Of a stretch of 64,000 nt of DNA, positions 54,301 through 64,000 are shown piece after piece. The notes beneath the pieces are model-generated. The model searched no databases. It had not been told where the DNA came from and was given only the letters and a program-made list of their open reading frames with translations. The position numbers were made by a program, and so were the translations under genes. The stretch is from Eledone cirrhosa (Eukaryota), in contig OZ024741.1 of NCBI GenBank assembly GCA_964016885.1, positions 7,998,001 through 8,062,000 on the forward strand, given 5' to 3'. Every line of letters begins with the position of its first letter. Position 1 is the stretch's first letter.

Positions 54301-57300
54301 TAGATCTCCCCGTATAATCTCCTGTTCACCCCTGTCCAGTACTGGGATAGATTCTCCCCCTATAATCTCCGGTTTACTTCTGTCAGGTACTGGGATAGAT
54401 TCTCCCCTTATAATCTCCTGTTTACCCATGTCCAGTACTGGATAGATTCTCCCCCTATAATCTCTTGTTTACCCCTGTCCAGTACTGGGATATATTCTCC
54501 CCCTATAATCTCCTGTTCCCCTCTGTCCAGTACTGGGATTGATTCTCCCCCTATAATCTCCTGTTCACCCCTGTCCAGTACTGGGATAGATTCTCCCCCT
54601 ATAATCTCTTGTTTACCCCTGTCCAGTACCGGGATAGATTCTCCCCCTATAATCTCCTGTTAGCCCCTGTCCAGTACTGGGATATATGCTCCCCCTATAA
54701 TATCCTGTTCACGCCTGTCCAGTACTGCGATAGATTCTCCCCCTATAATCTCCTGTTTACCCCTGTCCAGTACTGCGATAGATTCTCCCCCTATAATCTC
54801 CTGTTTACCCCTGTCCACTACTGGGATAGATTCTAACCCTATAATCTCTTGTTTACCCCTGTCCAGTACTGGGATAGATTCTCCCCCTATAATCTCCTGT
54901 TTACCCCTGTCCAGTACTGGGATAGTTTCTCCCACTATAATCTCCTGTTTACCCCTGCCCAGTACTGGGATAGATTCTCCCCCTATAATCTCCTGTTCAC
55001 CCCTGTCCAGTACTGGGATATATGCTCCCCTTAAAATATCCAGTTCACGCCTGTCCAGTACTGGGATAGATTCTCCCCCTATAATCTCCTGTTTACCCCT
55101 GTCCAGTACTGGGATAGATTCTCCCCCTATAATCTCCTGTTTACCCCTGTCCACTACTGGGATAGATTCTACCCCTATAATCTCTTTTTCACCCCTGTGC
55201 AGTACTGGGATAGATTCTCCCCCTATAATCTCCTGTTCACCTCTGTCCAGTACTGAGATAGATTCTCCCTCTATAATCTCTTGTTTACCTCTGTCCAGTA
55301 CTGGGATAGATTCTCCCCCTATAATCTCTTGTTTACCCCTATCCAGTACTGGGATAGATTCTCCCCCTATAATCTCCTGTTTACCCCTTTCCAGTACTGG
55401 GATTGAATCTCCCCCTATAATCTCCTGTTTACCCCTGTCCACTACTGGGATAGATTCTACCCCTATAATCTCTTGTTTACCCCTGTCCACTACTGGGATA
55501 GATTCTACCCCTATAATCTCTTGTTTACCCCTATCCAGTACAGGGATAGATTCTACCCCTATAATCTCCTGTTTACGCCTGTCCAGTACTGGGATAGATT
55601 TTCCCCCTATAATCTCATGTTTACCCCTGTCCAGTACTGGGATAGTTTCTCCCCCTATAATCTCCTGTTTACCCCTGTCCAGTACTGGGATAGATTCTCC
55701 CCATATAATCTCTTGTTTACCCCTGTCCAGTACTGGGATAGATCTCCCCGTATAATCTCCTGTTCACCCCTGTCCTGTACTGGGATAGATTCTCCCCCTA
55801 TAATCTCCGGTTTACTTCTGTCAGGTACTGGGATAGATTCTCCCCTTATAATCTCCTGTTTACCCCTGTCCAGTACTGGATAGATTCTCCCCCTATAATC
55901 TCTTGTTTACCCCTGTCCAGTACTGGGATAGATTCTCCCCCTATAATCTCCTGTTTACCTCTGTCCAGTACTGGGATATATTCTCCCCCTATAATCGGCT
56001 GTTTACCTCTGTCCAGTACTGGGATAGATTCTCCCCCTATAATCTCCTGTTCACCCCTGTCCAGTACTGTGATAGATTCGCCCCCTATAATCTCCGGTTC
56101 ACCCCTGTCCAGTACTGGGATAGACTTTCCCCCTATAATCTCTTGTTCACCCCTGTCCAGTACTGGGATAGATTCTCCCCTTATAATCTCCTGTTCCCCT
56201 CTGTCCAGTACTGGGATAGATTCTCCCCCTATAATCTCCTGTTCACCCCTGTCCAGTACTGGGATAGATTCTCCCCCTATAATCTCTTGTTTACCCCTGT
56301 CCAGTACCGGGATAGATTCTCCCCCTATAATCTCCTGTTCACCCCTGTCCAGTACTGGGATATATGCTCCCCCTATAATATCCTGTTCACGCCTGTCCAG
56401 TACTGGGATAGATTCTCCCCCTATAATCTCCTGTTTACCCCTGTCCAGTACTGGGATTGATTCTCCCCCTAGAATCTCCTGTTTACCCCTGTCCACTACT
56501 GGGATAGATTCTACCCCTATAATCTCTTGTTTACCCCTGTCCACTACTGGGATAGATTCTACCCCTATAATCTCTTGTTTACCCCTGTCCAGTATTGGGA
56601 TAGATTCTCCCTCTATAATCTCTCGTTTACCTCTGTCAGGTACTGGGATAGATTCTCCCCCTATAATCTCCTGTTCACCCCTGTCCAGTACTGGGATAGA
56701 TGCTCCGCCTATAATCTCCTGTTTACCTCTGTCAGGTACTGGGATAGAATCTCCCCCTATAATATCCTGTTTACCCCTGTCCAGTACTGGGATAGATTCT
56801 CCCCCTATAATCTCCTGTTTAAACCTGTCCCGTACTGGGATAGATTCTCCCCCTATAATTTCCTGTCCACCCCTATCCAGTACGGGGATAGATCTCCCCC
56901 TATAATCTCCTGTTCACCCCTGTCCAGTACTGTTATAGATTCTCCCCCTATAATCTCCGGTTTACTTCTGTCAGATAATGGGATAGATTCTCCTTTTATA
57001 ATCTCCTGTTTACCCCTGTCCAGTACTGGATAGATTCTCCCCCTATAATCTCCTGTTTACCTCTCTCCAGTACTGGGATATATTCTCTCCCTATAATCTG
57101 CTGCTTACCTCTGTCCAGTACTGGGATAGGTTCTCCCCCTATAATCTTCTGTTCACCCCTGTCCAGTACTGTGATAGATTCTCCCCCTATAATCTCCTGT
57201 TCACCCCTGTCCAGTACTGGGATAGATTCTCCCCCTATAATCTCTTGTTCACCCCTGTCCTGTACTGGGATTGATTCTCCCCTTATAATCTCCTGTTCCC

Positions 57301-60300
57301 CTCTTTCCAGTACTGGGATAGATTCTCCCCCTATAATCTCCTGTTTACCCCTGTCCAGTACTGGGATAGATGCTCCGCCTATAATCTCCTGTTTACCACT
57401 TTCAGGGACTGGGATAGAATCTCCCCCTATAATATCCTGTTTACCCCTGTCCAGTACTGGGATAGATTCTCCCCCTATAATCTCCTGTTTACCTCTGTCC
57501 AGTACTGGGATAGATTCTCCCCCTATAATCTCCTGTTTACCTCTGTCCAGTACTGGGATAGATTCTCCCCCTATAATCTCTTCTTTACATCTGTCTAGTA
57601 CTGAGATAGATTCAGCCCCTATAATCTCCTGTTTACCTCTGTCCAGTACTGGGATAGATTCTCACCCTATAATCTCCTGTTTATCCCTGTCCAGTACTGG
57701 GATAGATTCTTCCCCTATAATCTCCTGTTTACCTCTGTCCAGTACTGGGATAGATTCTCCCCCTCTAATCTCCTGTTTACTCTGTCCAGTACTGGGATAC
57801 ATTCTCCCCCTATAATCTCCTGTTTACCTCTGTACAGTACTGGGGTAGATTCTCCCCCTATAATCTCCTGTTCACCTCTGTCCAGTACAGGGATAGATTC
57901 TTCCCCAATAATCTCCTATTTACCCCTGTCCAGTTTTGGGATAGATTCTCCCCCTATAATCTCCTGTTCACCTCTGTCCAGTACTGGGGTAGATTCTCCC
58001 CCTATAATCTCCTGTTCACCTCTGTCCAGTACTGGGATAGATTCTCCCCCTATAATCTCCTGTTCACCTCTGTCCAGTACTGGGATAGATTCTCCCTCTA
58101 TAATCTCTTGTTTACCTCTGTCCAGTACTGGGATAGATTCTCCCCTATAATGTCTTGTTTACCCCCGTCCAGTACTGGGATAGATTCTCCCCCTATAATC
58201 TCCTGTTTACCCCTGTCCAGTACTGGGATAGATTCTCCCCATATAATCTCTTGTTTACCCCTGTCCAGTACTGGGATAGATTCTCCCCCTATAATCTCCG
58301 GTTTACTTCTGTCAGGTACTGGGATAGATTCTCCCCTTATAATCTCCTGTTTAACCCTGTCCAGTACTGGATAGATTCTCCCCCTATAATCTCTTGTTTA
58401 CCCCTGTCCAGTACTGGGATAGATTCTCCCCCTATAATCTCCTGTTTACCTCTGTCCAGTACTGGGATATATTCTCACCCTATAATCGGCTGTTTACCTC
58501 TGTCCAGTACTGGGATAGATTCTCCTCCTATAATCTCCTGTTCACCCCTGTCCAGTACTGTGATAGATTCGCCCCCTATAATCTCCGGTTCACCCCTGTC
58601 CAGCACTGGGATAGATTTTCCCCCTATAATCTCTTGTTCACCCCTGTCCAGTACTGGGATAGATTCTCCCCTTATAATCTCCTGTTCCTCTCTGTCCAGT
58701 ACTGGGATAGATTCTCCCCCTATAATCTCCTGTTCACCCCTGTCCAGTACTGGGATATATTTTCCCCCTATAATCTCTTGTTTACCCCTGTCCAGTACCG
58801 GGATAGATTCTCCCCCTATAATCTCCTGTTCACCCCTGTCCAGTACTGGGATATATGCTCCCCCTATAATATCCTGTTCACGCCTGTCCAGTACTGCGAT
58901 AGATTCTCCCCCTATAATCTCCTGTTTACCCCTGTCCAGTACTGGGATAGATTCTCCCCCTATAATCTCCTGTTTACCCCTGTCCACTACTGGGATAGAT
59001 TCTACCCCTATAATCTCTTGTTTACCCCTGTCCAGTACTGGGATAGATTCTCCCCCTATAATCTCCTGTTTACCCCTGTCCAGTACTGGGATAGTTTCTC
59101 CCACTATAATCTCCTGTTTACCCCTGCCCAGTACTGGGATAGATTCTCCCCCTATAATCTCCTGTTTACCTCTGTCCAGTACTGGGATATATTCTCCCCC
59201 TATAATCGGCTGTTTACCTCTGTCAGGTACTGGGATAGATTCTCCCCTTATTATCTCCTGTTTACCCCTGTCCAGTACTGTGATTGATTCTCCCCCTATA
59301 ATCTCCTGTTTACCCCTGTCCAGTACTGGGATAGATTCTCCCCTTATAATCTCCTGTTCACCCCTGTCCAGTACTGGGATAGATTCTCCCCCTATAATCT
59401 CTTGTTCACCCCTGTCCAGTACTGGGGTAGATTCTCCCCCTATAATCTCCGGTTTACTTCTGTCAGGTACTGGGATAGATTCTCCCCTTATAATCTCCTG
59501 TTTACCCCTGTCCAGTACTGGATAGATTCTCCCCCTATAATCTCTTGTTTACCCCTGTCCAGTACTGGGATAGATTCTCCCCCTATAATCTCCTGTTTAC
59601 CTCTCTCCAGTACTGGGATATATTCTCCCCCTATAATCTGCTGTTTACCTCTGTCCAGTACTGGGATAGATTCTCCCCCTATAATCTTCTGTTCACCCCT
59701 GTCCAGTACTGTGATAGATTCTCCCCCTATAATCTCCTGTTCACCCCTGTCCAGTACTGGGATAGATTCTCCCCCTATAATCTCTTGTTCACCCCTGTCC
59801 AGTACTGGGATAGATTCTCCCCTTATAATCTCCTGTTCCCCTCTGTCCAGTACTGGGATAGATTCTCCCCCTATAATCTCCTGTTCACCTCTGTCCAGTA
59901 CTGGGATAGATTCTCACCCTATAATCTCTTGTTTACCCCTGTCCAGTACCGGGATAGATTCTCCACCTACAATCTCCTGTTCACCCCAGTCCAGTACTGG
60001 GTTAGATGCTCCCCCTATAATCTCCTGTTCACCCCTGTCCAGTACTGGGATAGATTCTCCCCCTATAATCTCCTGTTTACCCCTGTCCAGTACTGGGATA
60101 GATTCTCCCCCTATAATCTCCTGTTCACCCCTGTCCAGTACTGGGATAGATTCTCGCCCTATAATCTCTTGTTTACCCCTATCCAGTACAGGGATAGATT
60201 CTCCCCCTATAATCTCCTGTTTACCCCTGTCCAGTACTGGGATAGATTCTCCCCCTATAATCTCTTGTTTACCCCTGTCCAGTACTGGGATAGATCTCCC

Positions 60301-61373
60301 CCTATAATCTCCTGTTCACCCCTGTCCAGTACTGGGATAGATTCTCCCCCTATAATCTCCGGTTTACTTCTGTCATGTACTGGGATAGATTCTCCCCTTA
60401 TAATCTCCTGTTTACCCCTGTCCAGTACTGGATAGATTCTCCCCCTATAATCTCTTGTTTTCCCCTGTCCAGTACTGGGATAGATTCTCCCCCTATAATC
60501 TCCTGTTTACCTCTGTCCAGTACTGGGAGATATTCTCTCCCTATAATCTGCTGTTTACCCCTGTCCAGTACTGGGATAGATTCTCACCCTATAATCTCTT
60601 GTTCACCCCGGTCCAGTACTGGGATAGATTTCCCCCCTATAATCTCCTGTTCACCTCTGTCCAGTACTGGGATAGATTCTCCCCCTATAATATCCTGTTT
60701 ACCCCTGTCAGGTACTGGGGTAGATTTTCCCCCTATAATCTCTTGTTCACCCCTGTCCAGTACTGGGGTAGATTCTCCCCCTATAATCTCCTGTTCACGT
60801 CTGTCCAGTACTGGGATAGATTCTCCCCTATAATCTCTTGTTCACCCCGGTCCAGTACTGGGATAGATTCTCCCCCTATAATCTCCTGTTCACCCCTGTC
60901 CAGTACTGGGGTAGATTCGCCCCCTATAATCTCCTGTTCACGTCTGTCCAGTACTGGGATAGATTCTCCCCCTATAATCTCTTGTTCACCCCGGTCCAGT
61001 ACTGGGATAGATTTTCCCTCTATAATCTCCTGTTCACCTCTGTCCAGTACTGGGATAGATTCTCCCCCTATAATATCCTGTTCACCCCTGTCAGGTACTG
61101 GGGTAGATTTTCCCCCTATAATCTCCTGTTTACCCCTGTCCAGTACTGGGATAGATTCTCCCCCTATAATCTCCTGTTCACCCCTGTCCAGTACTGGGAT
61201 AGATTCCGCCCTATAATCTTCTGTTTACCCCTGTCCAGTACTGGGATAGATTCTCCCCCTATAATCTCCTGTTCACCCCTGTCCAGTACCGGGATAGATT
61301 CTCACCCTATAATCTCCTGTTCACCCCTGTCCAGTACTGGGATAGATTCTCCCCCTATAATCTCCTGTTCACC
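9284..61373. repeat. 48-bp satellite DNA array, ~52.1 kb, ~1,085-1,090 monomers, single orientation
   Basis: The consensus is CCTGTCCAGTACTGGGATAGATTCTCCCCCTATAATCTCCTGTTTACC. Monomers are head-to-tail with point variants and recurrent 47-bp forms. I saw no unique spacer or inserted element. Confidence 0.98.
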
Positions 61374-61850
61374 TTCTGGTGGTTTTTTGCTAGCATGTGT
61401 AGTGTGTATATTGATATTATACGCAAGTATATATACATGTAGATATGATACATCAAATAACATCGCAATTGACAATATATAATACACAGAAATTGTGCGA
61501 AGACTGCGTTACACTGTCTTATGTAATCAGTAACGTAATCCATGATACATTAAAAAAGACGATATTATATATAAACTGTATTAGGAGAAAATTAGTATGT
61601 TTATTTAAGCGATGGCCAACCGTAAGTGTTGACATTTCAAAAATTTTAAAGAAGTGAATCTTTAAATAAACAAAATATATTTAATCAACAGCCACCAAAT
61701 GTAATAGATAAATTATGTAATTTTCGTTCATTAGTGGATAGGCAGTATCGGTAGAAGGTCGGACGCCATACTTTGACGCATAGAGTTACGGCCTTTATCA
61801 TTCTGAGTTCAAATCCCGCCGAGGTTAACTTTGCCTTTCATCCTTACGGG
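61370..61850 (+). repeat. Copy 1 of a diverged ~0.5-kb direct duplication
   Basis: Collinear with 63483-64000, from CACC(C)TTCTGGTGGTTTT onward through the SINE head. Confidence 0.9.
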
Positions 61851-61923
61851 GTCGATAAAATAAAGTACCAGTAATGTACTGGGTAATTGCTGGCCTTGTG
61901 CCAAAAGTAGAAACAATTATTTA
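61733..61923 (+). mobile_element. tRNA-derived SINE (short-tail subfamily)
   Basis: GGCAGTATCGG A-box-like sequence, GAGTTCAAATCC B-box, GCCTTTCATCCTTACGGGGTCGATAAAATAAAGTACCAG body and GGCCTTGTGCCAAAAGTAGAAA tail. Confidence 0.88.
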
Positions 61924-62229
61924 TTCAAAGTAATCCAACTCATTTTACTAATGGGATAAAAAATTATAAACCGCTCTTATTGCACCCCACCCCCGCTCTT
62001 ATTGACCTCCCCTCCCGCTTATTAAATTTTGCAAATCTATCTCCGACGAAATTTTATTTTAAATGGTATCATTCCTGCGACAATTAATTTTCTACATTAC
62101 TAGAAATCCCATATGTTATAAAATAAATAGGATAGGTTGGGGTCTCAATATGTAAACTAAACGACTAATTCTGTTTTTTTTTTAAATCAACGAAGACAAC
62201 GTAGTAAAATTACCGATCTCCCAAACTCC

Positions 62230-63115
62230 AGCCCCGCTTATTCCAACCCCCTATTATTCTATCCCTTGCTTATTCCAAGCCCCTATTATTCCACTCCTTG
62301 ATTATTCCAACCCCCTATTATTCCATCCCTTGCTTATTCCAACCCTCTATTATTCCACCCCTTGCTTATTCCAACCACATATTATTCCACCCCTTGCTTA
62401 TTCCAATCCCCTATTATTCCACCCCTTGCTTATTCCAACCCCCTATTATTCCATCCCTTGCTTATTCCAACCCTCTATTATTCCAACCCCTTGCTTATTC
62501 CAACCACATATTATTCCACCCCTTGCTTATTCCAAACCCTATTATTCTATCCCTTGCTTATTCCAACCCCCTATTATTCCACCCCTTGCTTATTCCAACC
62601 CCCTATTATTCTATCCCTTGCTTATTCCAACCACATATTATTCCACCCCTTGCTTATTCCAAACCCTATTATTCCACTCCTTGCTTATTCCAACCCCCTA
62701 TTATTCCACCCCTTGCTTATTCCAACCCCCTATTATTCTATCCCTTGCTTATTCCAACCACATATTATTCCACCCCTTACTTATTCCAATCCCCTATTAT
62801 TCCACCCCTTGCTTATTCCAACCCCCTATTATTCCATCCCTTGCTTATTCCAACCCTTTATTATTCCAACCCCTTGCTTATTCCAACCACATATTATTCC
62901 ACCCCTTGCTTATTCCAAACCCTATTATTCCACCCCTTGCTTATTCCAACCCCCTATTATTCCACCTCTTGCTTATTCGAATCCCCTATTATCCCACCTC
63001 CACTTATTCCAATCCCCTTTTATCCCACCTCCACTTATTCCAACCCCTATTATCCCACCTCCACTTATTCCATCCACCAATTATTCCATCCCCGCTTATT
63101 CAAACTCCCTATTAT
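62230..63115. repeat. C-rich 16/32-bp minisatellite (TTATTCCAACCCCCTA / TTATTCCACCCCTTGC)
   Basis: Alternating ~16-bp subunits sharing TTATTCC; source of the three overlapping ORFs at 62298-63204. Confidence 0.93.
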
Positions 63116-63467
63116 TTGGGATCCGAGAGAACACGTTAGTGTATTTTCTTGAATTACCAAATGCTCATCGTCTCGACCGACGGAGAATTCACCACAATTC
63201 TTAACCCTTTCGTCACCAAATCATTTGAAACCTCCCCTACTTTTCTATTACAATATTGTTTGTTTTAAAATGTTTCATATTTATATAAAAAAACATTTTC
63301 CACCGTAATTTATGTAAGAATTTTTATTTAGTTATATTTTTAAAAATCAGTTTAATATTATTAAATCCTTCTTAATTCTTGAATATTTTCAAAATTATTT
63401 GGAAAACATAAACAGCATCTTTCATTAGATATACACGACTTTCATAAGCAGCATCTTTCATTAGATA

Positions 63468-63509
63468 TACTAGCAGAACAACCACCCTTCTGGTGGTTTT
63501 CTGCTAGTA
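63468..63509. other. 42-bp hairpin with CTAG-containing ends
   Basis: TACTAGCAGAA-c-AACCACC-cttct-GGTGGTT-TTCTGCTAGTA. Confidence 0.8.
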
Positions 63510-64000
63510 CGTGTAGTGTGTATATTGATATTATACGCAAGTATATATGCATGTAGATATGATACATCAAATAAAATCGTAATTGACAATATACACAGAA
63601 ATTGAACGAAGACTGCGTTACACTCTCTTATGTAATCAGTAACGTAATCCATGATACATTAAAAAAAGACGATATTATATATAAACTGCATCAGGAGAAA
63701 ATTAGTGACGGAAATATATGAATTAATATATTAAGCAATCGCTAACCGGAAGTGTTGACATTTGAAAATTTTAAAGAAGTGAATCTTTAAATAAACAATA
63801 AAATATATTTAATCAACAGCCACGAAATTTAGTAGATAAATTATGTAATATTCATTCATTATTTATTCAAAGTGGATTGGCAGTATCGGTGGTGGATTGG
63901 CAGTATCGGTAGAGGGTCGGACACCATGCTTTGCAGCATAGAGTTACGGCCCTTGCCATTCTGAGTTTAAATCCCGCCGAGGTTAACTTTGCCTTTCATC
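63483..64000 (+). repeat. Copy 2 of the direct duplication (runs off the window)
   Basis: Collinear with 61370-61850, with substitutions and small indels. Confidence 0.9.
63871..64000 (+). mobile_element. tRNA-derived SINE, cut by the window end
   Basis: GTGGATTGGCAGTATCGGT (tandemly duplicated) …GAGTTTAAATCCCGCCGAGGTTAACTTTGCCTTTCATC. Confidence 0.85.

Noticed and set aside
9284-61373. CRISPR-like array (regular repeats with a palindrome)
   Set aside because: Monomers are contiguous with no unique spacers, there are no cas genes, and the context is eukaryotic.
9284-61373. TATAAT (-10 box-like) in every monomer
   Set aside because: A bacterial promoter motif is meaningless in this eukaryotic satellite, and there is no supporting architecture.
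9219-61482. Numerous long ORFs, including 956 aa at 40340-43210 (SSTGIDSPPIISCLPL, FTPVQYWDRFSPYNLL and DRGKQEIIGGESIPVL repeats)
   Set aside because: The 48-bp unit is a multiple of 3 and stop-free in three frames. ORFs overlap on both strands and are broken at random by 47-bp monomers, with no unique N- or C-terminal domain. They are satellite artefacts.
62298-63204. Three overlapping Pro/Tyr-rich ORFs
   Set aside because: All three frames give the same permuted peptides, as expected from a 16/32-bp repeat.

Overview
This is eukaryotic, repeat-dominated DNA with no intact protein-coding gene. The SINE family and microsatellite style suggest a mollusc, probably an octopus; that assignment is from recall, not a search. 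About 52 kb (9284-61373) is a single-orientation 48-bp satellite of roughly 1,085-1,090 monomers, with kb-scale higher-order duplications and layered variant domains. Nearly all ORFs in the supplied track are artefacts of this array or of microsatellites. The satellite starts in register inside a tRNA-derived SINE, and its monomer aligns with the SINE 3' half, so it appears to have been born from that SINE. Its right end joins the loop of a CTAG-ended hairpin belonging to a duplicated flank. The first 3.6 kb is a cluster of Penelope-like retroelement (PLE) pieces separated by (TA)n tracts. It includes a 334-bp near-perfect palindrome carrying two outward-facing minimal hammerhead ribozymes, and a 5'-truncated, frameshifted PLE (RT C-terminal region, CxCx5C linker, GIY-YIG endonuclease) with a hammerhead-like motif at its 3' end. 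Also present are further SINE copies, an RTE LINE 3' remnant, and three smaller tandem arrays (95 bp, 30 bp, 16/32 bp).
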